DNA of 63,668 nt, filler included, from Octopus bimaculoides (GCF_001194135.2; 8 parts of 7 records of this genome joined end to end with filler, not necessarily neighbours in it), one strand, 5' to 3'; numbered from the whole stretch's first letter, positions 11,813 through 24,912 are shown. Program-made: numbers and translations. The notes: generated by a model not told the origin, from the sequence alone.

Positions 11813-12382
11813 GAATAAGAGAAAGTTAACAGGGAGCAAATGAAAATAAAAACCTGTTAAGATGTATACATGTATCTATATCTACCCACATGCATATATA
11901 TATATATATATATATGCAGAATATAATGTATACACAGTATGTATCTATATACAGAAATTTTAATGTAAACTTCTCGAGCAGATATTTTCTTCAGGATTTC
12001 AATAACAAATAAGAGAATAGGAATGGCCGCAGAATTTGACGCTGTCAATATTTGAGGTTGTCAAGGCAACTCAGAAGTACCGTAGCAACACATTACGGTG
12101 CATGTCTGAGCAGGTGATATTCGGAGAGAAAATATTAGTGACAATGGAAGGAGGAAAAAAAATGAAACTAGGAATTGAGCAAATGAACTTCAGAAGAAAG
12201 GAAAATTGCGAAAGATTAAGGTTAAGAGTCATTCCTAAAGTCAGATAGGTTGAGGGATTGGAAGGAAAGGTGTTCATTCCGACAAATAGCTTCTGTGGTC
12301 CTGTGTTTGCTCAAGGAACGTTGACCTTCAGTAGATTGAGCCAACTTCTTTTTACATCATAGGGTCGCACACTAGAAAACTG

Positions 12383-12952
12383 GGATCTTTTTTAAAACGG
12401 TGGACACATTTTTCATTAACGAAACACTTTGAAACTTGGAACACTGGTAGAATGTGTCATATAAAACATCTTTTTCTCTTAGTCTTCTTTAAAAAAAAAG
12501 AAATCCATAAGTTATTCCATGTTAAAGTTGTCGTATTTCTGTAATTTCAACCAATCACTGACGTCCATTAAGCCGATATACATTAAGTGCAGACTACATA
12601 AACAAACGATTCTGAAACAATTAACCCTAACCCTAACCCTAACCTTAACCCTAGGGTTAGGGTTAGGGTTAAAGCAAATTTAAAATGAAAAAAGCAAATG
12701 AAACGAAGGTATGGTGATTAAATACGCTTAATCAGGCAAAGGAGTAAATATAAACAACTGAATACTTGTCAGTGATTGGTTGAAATTTTCGAAATAAGAC
12801 AATTTTTTATATGAAATAAATTCGAATACAAAAATATTTTTCTATTCTATAACACAAAATAGATAAGTTTACGAAGTTTGAAAGTCTTTCCGTACCAAAA
12901 ACACTACGTAAAGCATTAATGAAAAATGTGGCACCCGTTTTAAAATAGATCC
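12383..12952. mobile_element. MITE with about 37-bp TIRs (GGATC...GATCC) and 8-bp TSD GAAAACTG; Merlin-like
   Basis: TIRs at 12383-12418 and 12916-12952; TSD at 12375-12382 and 12953-12960; perfect 20-bp internal IR at 12543-12562 and 12768-12787. Confidence 0.85.
12621..12672. repeat. Back-to-back telomere-type repeats (TAACCC)5/(TAGGGT)3 inside the MITE
   Basis: TTAACCCTAACCCTAACCCTAACCTTAACCCTAGGGTTAGGGTTAGGGTTAA. Confidence 0.9.
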
Positions 12953-13537
12953 GAAAACTGGACTATCTTTTTCGGTTTTTTTTTTTTGTAAGTAGGTAAC
13001 TACAAATAGAATAGAATATTTAGCAACGTAATTCTACCGCGCCACCACGTGACAATTTATTCACGGCACCCTTTGTTTGTGAGTGTGTGTATTTGTGTGT
13101 ACTTACATGCATACATACATACATTCGTACATACATACATATAGAATATGTGTGGCTTCATAGCGTGAGTGAAATATACGTAAAACCACGGCCGAGGATA
13201 TAGTTTATAGATTTAATAATACTGGGAACAATATTTCCTCCAAATTAACTGGTAGTAATTTTGCTAATACACTGTGACTATATCAAATATGAAATTCCGT
13301 AATCAAACAAGTTCCAGTAAGAGAAGTATGAACGAAGCTCGATGGAAAATATTAAATTTTAAAGCGGTCCATTATTGCACAGAGAGAAGGGAAAAAAACC
13401 TCCGAAAATTTAGGGAATATAACTTTTAGAAAGCGCTCAGTTGTAGGAATTACTCATACCTACACAGAGACACACATACACACGCACCGAAGTTCTCTCT
13501 TTCTCTCTTTCTCTCTTTCTTTCTCTCTTTCTCTCTC

Positions 13538-13572
<35 letters not shown>

Positions 13573-13883
13573 NNNNNNNNNNNNNNNNNNNNNNNNNNNN
13601 NNNNNNNNNNNNNNNNNNNNNNNNNNNNNNNNNNNNNNNNNNNNNNNNNNNNNNNNNNNNNNNNNNNNNNNNNNNNNNNNNNNNNNNNNNNNNNNNNNNN
13701 NNNNNNNNNNNNNNNNNNNNNNNNNNNNNNNNNNNNNNNNNNNNNNNNNNNNNNNNNNNNNNNNNNNNNNNNNNNNNNNNNNNNNNNNNNNNNNNNNNNN
13801 NNNNNNNNNNNNNNNNNNNNNNNNNNNNNNNNNNNNNNNNNNNATATATACATATATATATCTGTAAACGTATGTGACACCAA

Positions 13884-14640
13884 TTCAGTAGCCATGATAA
13901 AACTACGAGTTTCGGACGCCAGGCTGGGAGCCCACGCCAACATCTCTTCAGTTATCCGGCCAATTTTAGACGCGTTTTGACCTTGTCACCACACAGTAAT
14001 TGCCTTTTTTGTTTTAAACAGTCATTTTTGACAGGAATTTACAATTGGCCGGATAACTAAATAAGCATCCTTAACACGAATCAATGTAGTCGTAGGTAAA
14101 CAAATGTATCAACAAATAGAAGAGACGGAAGGTAACATTACCTTTCAAGCAATTCAGAATAGATAAAGGTAAGCTTACCAAAGTTTAATGCAGTTCAAAT
14201 AGGCAGATTAAGATTGTTTGGTATAGGTTATTCATCGTGTACAGTGTTCCTAGTCAATTTAATCAGCATGGCAGGTGTATATTCGATTAACATAGAAAAA
14301 ATGCAAGTAATGTATGTGTACAGTTTGGTGAAGATCGGTTGAAAATTGTGGAATTGTTTGCGTTCGGTGTTCCTATACGATTCAATCATCGTGGCAGGTA
14401 AACTGTCGAAATAAATAAATAGACAAACTTCTTTCGCTTTAAAAAAAAAAAAGATTTAAAATGTATGGAAGACCCTTCAAACAAAAGGCTATGTCAATTT
14501 ATGTCCATTTATACGGGAGCGGTGGGCAAAATGTTATAGTCCATGACCTAGAGAAGTGATGTGTGCGTAAAGTTTGGTGAAAATCGGCTGTGAATTGTGG
14601 AAATGTATGCATTAATCATTATACACGCACATACAATAAT
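13884..14640. mobile_element. Possible non-autonomous rolling-circle (Helentron/DINE-1-like) element
   Basis: Perfect 16-bp IR at 13950-13965 and 14043-14058; two AGTTTGGTGAARATCGG...AATTGTGGAA repeats; ends in a CA/TA microsatellite. Confidence 0.3.
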
Positions 14641-14671
14641 TTATATATACTATATATATATATATATATAT

Positions 14672-14771
14672 NNNNNNNNNNNNNNNNNNNNNNNNNNNNN
14701 NNNNNNNNNNNNNNNTTAATTAATTAANNNNNNNNNNNNNNNNNNNNNNNNNNNNNNNNNNNNNNNNNNNN
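14672..14771. other. Artificial scaffold spacer
   Basis: N44-TTAATTAATTAA-N44. Confidence 0.95.
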
Positions 14772-14853
14772 CTTGAGAAAGACAGACGTTTTGTCGAAAT
14801 ATTGTTCAAAGAATAAAACATCTATACAATCGAATCGCACTCTTCGTCTTGAC

Positions 14854-14932
<79 letters not shown>
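14772..14932 (+). mobile_element. Penelope-like terminal fragment with hammerhead-like core, then (TTA)n
   Basis: C-TTGAGAA-A-GACAGA CGT TTTGTC-GAAA-TATT...AATAAA, followed by (TTA)n at 14853-14932. Confidence 0.4.
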
Positions 14933-14936
<4 letters not shown>

Positions 14937-15309
14937 ACATCTAGAAAAGCAAGAAGTATATTTGTTTAATTACCAATAACGTGCACTCTAGGAGTGAGAA
15001 AAATATTTAAAAATATTTTAAAGATTCTAATTTAAACTGAGGACACTAAAAATGCCTAATTTGAATTTATAAGGTGAGAAAATTCTTTTATAGCAAGAAT
15101 CACCATCGATGATTAATGCTATCAATTACATGGACTATCATAAGAATTATAATAATGGCTTCTAACCTAGACACAATGCCAACAAATTTCAAGAGGAGAA
15201 TATTAATTAGTCAACGTTATTAATTCCGGTCTTAAATGGTATTTTATGCAGACGATCCTGAAAGGATGAAAAATGAAGCTGACCTCGGTAGAATTTCGAA
15301 GCAGAGTAT

Positions 15310-15870
<561 letters not shown>

Positions 15871-15914
15871 GAAACAACAGTTGTAACAATATTAATAATG
15901 GTTTCAAATTTTAC

Positions 15915-16517
15915 CACTAGGCCAGCATTTTCTCAGGGTAGAAGTAACACGATTATGTCGAACCCAGTACTCAACTGGTACTTATATTATTGACTCCCAA
16001 ATGAATGAAAGACAAAGTCGACTTCGGCGGAATTCGAACTTAGAACGTGGAGACGGATTAAATGTTGCAAATCATTTTGTCCGGCTTGCTAACGATTCTT
16101 TTCTACTCTAGGCACAAGGCCCGAAATTTTGGGGGAGGGGAGAAGTCGATTCGATCGACACCAGTACGCAACTGGTACTTAATTTATCGACCTCCAAAGG
16201 ATGAAATGCAAAGTCGACCTCGGTGGAATTTGAACTCAGAACATAAAGACAGACGAAATACTGCTAAGTATTTCGCCCGGCGTGCTAACGTTTCTTATTT
16301 CTTTATTGCCCACAAGGGGCTAAACATAGAGGGGACAAACAAAGGGATTAAGTCGATTAGATCAACCCCAGTGCGTAACTGGTAATTAATTTATCGACCC
16401 CGAAAGGACTTAAGCAAAGTCGACATCGGCGGAATTTGAACTCAGAACGTAACGGCAGAAAAAATACCGCTAAACATTTCGGCAGGCGTGCTAACATGTT
16501 TGCCAGCTCACCGCCTT
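15915..16517 (-). mobile_element. Three tandem SINE family B copies
   Basis: Three consecutive AAAGTCGACxTCGGxGGAATTxGAACT blocks; two different 3' tail types. Confidence 0.85.
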
Positions 16518-16692
16518 TAATAAGACTAATATATATATATAGCCTTTAAATTCGTTTATGTGAAACGTTTTTTTTTTTAGTGTCCTCCTAAATAGCTGCT
16601 ATGCTATTTATTCAGGCTACCGCTATTTGTTCCCTTCTTCCGGAGTAATTTTATGAGGGTTATCAGTCTTGTGCAGTTATAGCGTAAGATGT

Positions 16693-17062
16693 ATATAGTA
16701 ATGGAAGAACTTTGGATTAGAAATTCATAAATCCTTTAATGCATTTCTACGTACTTTTTCACATACTACATGTTTTATTTGTTGTATTCCCTATGCATAG
16801 GATATTACAAATATTATTTTGCTAAATCCCTGGATTTTAAGGGGAATATTAATTCATGTGTTCCTTTCTTTAGGTAAAGAAACAGACACGTGTATTAATA
16901 TTCCCCTTAAAATCCATAAATTTTTCAAATCATATTTGTAATATCTTATGCATATGGAATGTAGCAACTGAAACATGGGGTATGTGGAAACGTATGTAGC
17001 AATGCATTTATGAATTTATGGATTTATGAATTTTCATCCAAAATTTCTTGTTATTACCATAT
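16693..17062. repeat. About 370-bp imperfect palindrome (foldback/MITE-like)
   Basis: Centre TTTCTTTA-GG-TAAAGAAA at about 16873; arms include GGATTTTAAGGGGAATATTAAT / ATTAATATTCCCCTTAAAATCC. Confidence 0.8.
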
Positions 17063-18917
17063 TCATCCTACGATATAGCGGCACCAGACTAATAGCCCTC
17101 CCATAAAATTATTCTGGAAGATAAGAACAATAAGTGGTAGCCGGAATAAATAGTGTAGGAGCGTTTTAAGAGCACACTCAAAAATGTATCATATAAACGA
17201 AATTAAAGTTTATAATATATAAACTCTTTAGATGATTTTTGTTATATACAGTTCGTTTATATACAGTTCGTTTTATATACAGTTCTTTGTAGGAAGCATG
17301 AATGTATATATTTTGGTTTATTTCGACTAACGTTTACGTGACACGTTGCATAGGTACCCCCAGGATTTAGGTTTTTCTGGGGGAGTTGTACGTATTTCTG
17401 AGAAAACAGAGTATTAAGCAAACACCTATTTCTCCAGAAAAGTATAGATCATAAACACATGCAAACGCAACAATCAGTGCACCAATTATGCTATTATCAA
17501 TTAGAGCACAACATATATGTCTCTCACTTTGTGAGCTAATAAGGAAATATGGGTAATTTATAAACATATTTTCTTAATTATTTTTCTTCCTTTTCGTTTA
17601 CTTCATATGCACTCTGTCCAACTCCCACACAAATATTGCTTTTATGTAGACGATTAGCATATAGCAAGGAATCATTCATTTGTGATATTAAAACGTGTGG
17701 ATATATGGCGTTTTCCATTTACTAATTCACTGAACAAATCGGGAAATCTAAATCTCTCTTGGATGTACAGTAGTATTGAGAATCAATATAAAGTCGTAGA
17801 GGAGCAAATGAAATTACGTGAATTTGTGTGTCATATGACAGCAACATGAACTTGTTGAAAGTGAATTACACAACTCATAACTTTTGAATGCATCGATTTA
17901 AAGGGTTACCACGAACTTAACTCGATATATCTTCAGTTGCAGGAGGTTGGTGTTTCTGTATTTTTTTCTTTTGTTCACTTACACAAAGGGACTTGGTGTA
18001 TGAAATGAATAAATACTTTGAAGATGAAAGAGTATTAGAAGGGAAAGCGAATATTTATTTAACATTCTGCATGCAGTTAACCCCCGTAAAAGGCATCATA
18101 TAACCTCTAATAATTCACAGTTAGCGAATATTTCGCGTGAATACAACTGAACATCTATTTGTAATAAAACCAATGATGATCTAATAGTATCTTCACAGCT
18201 ACAATGGTTAACGATTCCAGCTAAATAATCTCATTCAGATCATAAGGGACAGTGGTATAATATTAGAATTCATCTTTTATATCTTGATCTCTATCTGAAA
18301 ATTTGAAATTGAAGAATATCATAGAAAATGAGAAATATATAAAAGCAGTTTCTCCTTGACATAGTTTCATTATTCTTGTTATTCTTGATTAATTCAAGGA
18401 CAGCAAACAAAATGTCAAAGGCATCTCAGCCATGATCATCCTGTCTTATTTCAGACGCGATGTGTGCAAGAATACATTACCCTATTTGAAATCTAGAATG
18501 TGATATAGAGAGATTTCGATGCTTGTTATTTCTACCATTTGTGTCTACAGCATTGAGACTCGATGGCTCACTAGCTCATCGTAGGTAACGTCTGTATTCG
18601 TACATGGGTTACAGTCAAAGTAAAATCCTTTTGAGCATTTGTTCTAGCTGTTCTGTGAAAACCAACACAGCAATGAAAATATAAATTGTTAATTCTACAG
18701 AAAATTCATCTGAGAAAGAAAGGTCGGCGTAGTAGCTGTAGAATTTTCAACATTGCAGACTAGACAACATTCTATAACACCCTTAAAGAATGTCGAACTG
18801 GTCTTCATAGAAATCTATCTCTAACGAAGAATGGTCATAAATAAATGCTGTCGATGTGACCAGAAACATTAAATATCTAATATGTTGTTAAACTAAATCC
18901 AGTATCAGAGCTGCTTT

Positions 18918-19124
18918 AAGGTGGCAAGCGGACAGAATCGTTAGTACCTCGGGCAAAATGCTTACCAGCTTTTCGTCCATCTTTACGCTCTGTGTTCAAA
19001 TTCAAGGTCGACTTTGCAGTCCATTCATTCGATAAGATAAGTACCAGTTGAACACTACAGTCGATGTAATGGAGTTGCGCCCTCCCCTGAATTTGCTGGC
19101 CTCGTGCCGAAATTTGAAGCCAAT
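18918..19124 (+). mobile_element. SINE family B
   Basis: AAGGTGGCAAGCGGACAGAATCGTTAG head, GTTCAAATTC B-box, GGCCTCGTGCC tail. Confidence 0.75.
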
Positions 19125-19297
19125 ATCAGGGTTGGTGTTCATTCACTCAATTCTTCAAGAACTATCGGCTAAATCTACCTCAAATTACAGCCTTAGCTTC
19201 TTTAAAAATTTCATCAGTGACTATATGCATGATGTTGGCATTGATTTAAAACCAACGGGATATACTTTTCTGTATTAGCTCACAGAAATGAGGGAAT

Positions 19298-20216
19298 TAT
19301 ATAAGTAACACTCTCATTAATAGTTCTTTCTACTGTAGGGACAAGGCCTGAAATTTTGAAGGAGGTGGGTAGTCAATTATATAGACCCAGTATTCAACTG
19401 GTCCTTTGTTTATTCAACCCCTTCCCCGAAAGGATGAATGACGTAGTACACCTTGGCATAATTTTATGTCCGAACATAAAGCCGGAAGAAATGTTCTTAA
19501 GCTTTTTATCCGGTGCGTCAACGATTCTGCACCACCTTGTCGCCATTGTGCTCTCGTTAATAATAACATTATCTTTGCACTGATTACTATATTTACATTG
19601 CCTTTGTATGAGATTATGATTTATGTTATACTGGAGAAATAGGTATTTGCTTAACAAAGCATTCTTTGAGATTGTAATTATTGAAAATTACTCAGAAATA
19701 CAAGATAGGATAGTGGAACCGTTCTGATAATGTATGTATTCTATCAGGGCAGACATCGGTATTATAGAACGGTAACACCTAGTTTCAATATCATCGACAT
19801 CGGCGCCATTTTGATTAAGCTCACTGATGTTCAGAAACTTTAAATATTCTGGTTAACTAATCTATCGATGTTTTTACGTTGACACCTGATAAGAATATAT
19901 AAGGAGAAGGAATGAGATATTGTATTCATGAAAAATAGACTTCAAGTGGACTGAAGTGGATTGTATTCAATGCATTTTATATTGCTGTTTCTTGTGCGAT
20001 ACATTCATTTATCTTTTATTTTTTACTTGTTTCAGTCATTAGACTGCGACCATGTTAGGGCTCCACAACCTATATAAGTAACACTCTCATTAATAGTTCT
20101 TTCTAGTGTAGGGACAAGGCCTGAAATGTTGAAGGAGGTGGATAGTCAGTTATATAGACCCAGTATTCAACTGGTCCTTTGTTTGCTCAACACCTTCCCT
20201 GAAAGGATGAATGACG
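19298..20216. repeat. About 146-bp direct duplication (19298-19443, 20071-20216) including a SINE B tail
   Basis: Shared unique flank TATATAAGTAACACTCTCATTAATAGTTCTTTCTA plus the same SINE tail. Confidence 0.8.
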
Positions 20217-21212
20217 AAATACACCTGCTATATGTTCAAAGTAGGCGATGCATCCATGATCTTTGCAGATATCTCTTTCTCAGAGTGAACACTAGGACTA
20301 CGTATACATTTCAGCGAAAGTCAGACGCGACTTTTGAATATATTTTCTTCTAAATGATCTTGTGGCAACATTTAGGGAGTGATCTAGATTCAATTGTCAT
20401 TTGACAGCAGCAAGTAAATGTAGTTCTCATTGAATATACTGAAGTAAATTATGTTAGGCACTTTCTTACCCATCTAGTTAATAATTGTGTTTATTAGCTT
20501 CCAAGTCAGTTCTTGTGCTGGTTAAAATGAAGTCAATTAAAGAAACTATACAACGGTATATTACAACTAATTAATATTTCGATTATGGAGAGATGACAGA
20601 TGTAATCAACACCGACAGGTTTTGAACCTAAAACAAAAAATAAGATAATGAAAACCATTATTTATTCCGATAGTCTATTGTTTATTCCAACAGACAGCTT
20701 TCACCCTCCCTAACATAACATATTCATCTACACTTTTACAAATTCGTTGCAAAACACATAAATACATTTTGTTTTATTTTGCTATTTTTTTTGTTCTTGA
20801 TTATATTTTTTATTGTTTACATCAGCAAGAAATATTAATCAAAATAATAATTACCTTGACAAGTGAAATTATCAAAAATCATTATCTTTTAACTGAAAAA
20901 AAAAAAAAATTTTTTTAAATAAAAATGATTATTTCAGAACAAGAGAACATTAAAATATCATGTCAATTTCATCTCGGCCATCCATTCTCCAACCAGTTAC
21001 GTTTCTATTCCCAGAGCGTAGCTGTGTGGTTAAGAATTCGTCGTTTTTATCAAGTGGCTTCGATATCAATTCCAAGGCACGTTTCTGCAGGGAAAATTAT
21101 ATCGAATATTTGGTAGAAGAGACTTGCGATTGTCTCTTAACATGCATTTGAGATAAATATAGTCATTTAATTTCAGTTTAGAACTTGGAAACTGTGCGAC
21201 AACTCATCTAGT

Positions 21213-21247
<35 letters not shown>

Positions 21248-21748
21248 TATAGATAGATAGATATGTATGTATTTATGTGTGTTTTTTAAAATTTTATGTG
21301 AAGGATGACTTCATTGTTTTTAGAATAACAAACGAGAACTTTAGCAGTGACTTCCAAGTTTCGCTTTACATTATTTATATACATGTACAAACATATACAC
21401 AAACAAATATGTATAAACACAGACATACATGTGTGTTTGTCCGTATATGTTAATATAGATATGTGTGTCTGTGTATATGTGTATATGTTTGTATATGTAT
21501 GTATANNNNNNNNNNNNNNNNNNNNNNNNNNNNNNNNNNNNNNNNNNNNNNNNNNNNNNNNNNNNNNNNNNNNNNNNNNNNNNNNNNNNNNNNNNNNNNN
21601 NNNNNNNNNNNNNNNNNNNNNNNNNNNNNNNNNNNNNNNNNNNNNNNNNNNNNNNNNNNNNNNNNNNNNNNNNNNNNNNNNNNNNNNNNNNNNNNNNNNN
21701 NNNNNNNNNNNNNNNNNNNNNNNNNNNNNNNNNNNNNNNNNNNATATA

Positions 21749-21779
<31 letters not shown>

Positions 21780-22276
21780 GCACACACACGTGTATGTGTC
21801 TATGTGTGGTGTATGTGTGTGTTCGTGCGCGCGTGTGCTAGTGCGTGTGTGTCCGTGTTATGAGTGCATGCGTCTGTTAGACTATAGCCGGGATTAAACC
21901 GATAAACCATTGCTATCAACCTATAACTCTCTCTCTAGTATTTGTTCCGCCCAAGTTACATACCTTCTCATCAATCTCGCCATTACACCACACATTGGGG
22001 TTAATTAATAAACAATGCCATTTTTCTCGGGGCTTCAGTAAAAATAGGCAAGTAAATATATATGTGTTCAACAAAATGTTAACTCATTGTTTCTTAACCA
22101 TTAGGAATTTATACAACATAAATTTCATGTACTATTAAATACTAACGAAGATATTAGGCATGAAACCTATAAGAAAAGATATGATTTTGTAGTATATTTT
22201 GTCTTATAAAAGAATATCACAAAGTATTAGAAATGAAATATGTTGAACCAAATATCTCAAACCACAAGCCTAGGTC

Positions 22277-22424
22277 TGACTCATCGGAATTGTTGTAAGA
22301 ATTCAGTGAGTTTGTCAAAAGTAGGGATGAGGTGAAGCGGAATTATAGTCAATGACGTCAACGGCTGAAGGGCTTTTGCCAGAAGGATAGGAGTGAAGGG
22401 ATGCCAGAAAGGATGTCACGTGAC
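22277..22424. promoter_or_regulatory. Cluster of AP-1 (TGACTCA), CRE (TGACGTCA) and CLEAR/E-box (GTCACGTGAC) motifs
   Basis: Perfect motifs at 22277-22283, 22353-22360 and 22415-22424 in a non-microsatellite, GC-richer island; function inferred only. Confidence 0.3.
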
Positions 22425-22646
22425 CAGAAGCAGGACTAGCGTGTGCCTTTCATCTTCCAGCAGTCCTAGGGGGCAGACATGTATAGACGAGTGGATTAGA
22501 TAGAATTTGCCGTTAGGTTCTGGTCAGACAAGTAGGGCACGGGTAGGGATTTAACCTAGGGGGGTAAAAAATCGATGCAACGAGAGAACAAGAGTGGTAA
22601 GTGAATTGCACTTCTTTATCAATATAATACGAAATATTGATTTTGC

Positions 22647-22837
22647 ATAAGGCAAACAAGTTCGGGGATCAGGGAAGTCAATTACATCGACTCCAGAGAT
22701 CAACTGGTACTGATTTTTTATTGACCCCCGAAAGAAGACGACGGTCTCAGCAAAATTTGAACTCAGAACATAAAGACGGACGAAATGCTTTTAAGCGTTT
22801 TGCTCGGCGTGCTCACGATTCTACCAGCTCGCCACCT
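22647..22837 (-). mobile_element. SINE family B
   Basis: AATTTGAACTCAGAACATAAAGACGGACGAAATGC...CCAGCTCGCCACC. Confidence 0.8.
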
Positions 22838-23522
22838 TTTCAACCCTAACTGTGTATGTAAGAAACTAACTATATTTTAACTGGAAAGAAATGGTAGGTT
22901 AGTATTTTGTGATAATAATAATTTTAATGACACTAATTAAATAAGTAAGACTAGGCGGAAGCGAAGAAAGAAATATTGTAGATTTTGTGTAACGTGACAG
23001 TTATTTGTAGTCAAATCTATTGACAAAGCTACTGAATCATTCGCTGTTATTACAATCTCGAGATAACACTAGAGTACTCTCTATTTGAAATTAATGAGAA
23101 ATGGCGAAAGATAATTAGCGGGGAATACAAAGCGAGATTACTGTAATAAAGTTTGAAATCTGGTTCAAAATAGCAATTTTTAACAGCAGGTTAACTTTTC
23201 CTTCAATCATACTCTCAGCTAAAGTAAATATAGCAAAAATACAAAAACAACTCAAAATTTATCCAGTTCGGATTTGTTTGTTTGCTTAGTTATTGAGCTA
23301 CTGTTTGTGTTTCCTTCATCAGCAATACACCTGCAAATCATAGATCTGAATGCTATCAAATGAATTATAACTAACACGCATGTGAGCAACATTGTGTTCT
23401 AGAGGGCTTTATAAATCACGAATAGAAATGAAAAATAGCTTTGCAAGAAACATGTCACAAAGTGAATCGTGTCAATTCATATTTCTTCTGCTACAATATC
23501 ACTTTGATATATATATATATAT

Positions 23523-23562
<40 letters not shown>

Positions 23563-23660
23563 NNNNNNNNNNNNNNNNNNNNNNNNNNNNNNNNNNNNNN
23601 NNNNNNNNNNNNNNNNNNNNNNNNNNNNNNNNNNNNNNNNNNNNNNNNNNNNNNNNNNNN

Positions 23661-23734
<74 letters not shown>

Positions 23735-24912
23735 TGTGTGTGTGTGTGTCGAAAAGACAAGAAGAAAATATAGAATGCAGTTACAAATTATTCTGTTATA
23801 GAAAATATGAAGCGTGCATCAACCAATGCAATTGTGCCAACATCAATTCCGAAATAGTTATTTTTTAAATTTTTATTTTTATTTTTATTTTTCCTTCTTT
23901 CAATTCCTTCGTTTCTTGCCTTTAGTAAGCACATTTGCAGTTGACGTGTTTATTAGTTCACAGGAATTTGGCCATTTATTATCAATCTCTGTATTGCAGA
24001 AGCAAATAGACAATGAACAAAAAAATAAATAAATAAAAGAGGAAGCGAAAGAGAAGGATAGAAACATTTTACGAAGAATTAAAATAGCCAGAAGGTTACT
24101 AAATAATAAGCAAAACAGTTACAATTTATCTTCACGTGGAAAATATGAAATGCGCATCAAATGATACAGTTGTGCAAGCACAAATTTATGAAAAGTTTCT
24201 TATCTCTAATCTTTTTTGCAAGTTACTCATGCCAAATAAAATAATTGGATTTATCTGATCCTTCCATGGTGGTATTGTAACCACTGTCAGCACCAGAGAT
24301 TAATTGTCCGATGCTATTTCCTCAAAAGCGACAGATTTTGCGTCTACACTTCTCGTGTGTTGTTCTTGTTGTTTCTGCTGTTATTCTTTAGCGTTAGCTC
24401 GATTTGCATCTATCGAATGAACCCATGATCAAAGAAATTCCAACAGCAAACTCCCCATATTTTTAGGTGTATATCTGAGATTGCTGTAGCACTGCCTTTT
24501 CAAAAATGTTAAAGTGGTATTTGCGGAAATTTTGGCTGCTGTTTCTAATGTGCAGATCGACTCTCTAAAAGCGCTTTCTTTGCTTTTCAATTATTTGCCT
24601 TGGCTATGTTTTAAATGAGATTTAGAGTCATGAAGGCGTAGTGAATATCTAGTTCCATTTCAACAGTTGTTTCTATAACAGAGAACCCATGACAAATTTC
24701 AGAAACAGTAGATGGTTTACTTGTTATGTTGATGACGCAACCCTTCGTCTAGCACCTTGGGTCTTTATGCTTTAAAATCGTTCTTCAAACGCTTGAGAAA
24801 AACGCTGTTTTTACTGGTTCGGTGCAACCATCAACTACTCAGTTGACGATATTAACCATCCTGCAGATATTTTGTTTCTGTTCTAAAGAGAAACCAAATA
24901 ATCGATGACCAC

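Noticed and set aside
12621-12672. Ancient telomere-fusion scar
   Set aside because: Orientation is CCCTAA then TTAGGG (opposite to a fusion), it is very short, and it lies inside a TSD-flanked MITE.
18560-18745. Minus-strand frame NKCSKGFYFDCNPCTNTDVTYDEL as a Cys-rich exon
   Set aside because: Only 24 codons with mediocre splice sites and several equally plausible frames; cannot be supported without transcripts.
23526-23745. (CA)n-gap-(TG)n as a long hairpin
   Set aside because: The junction is an N-gap, so contig orientation ambiguity explains it equally well.
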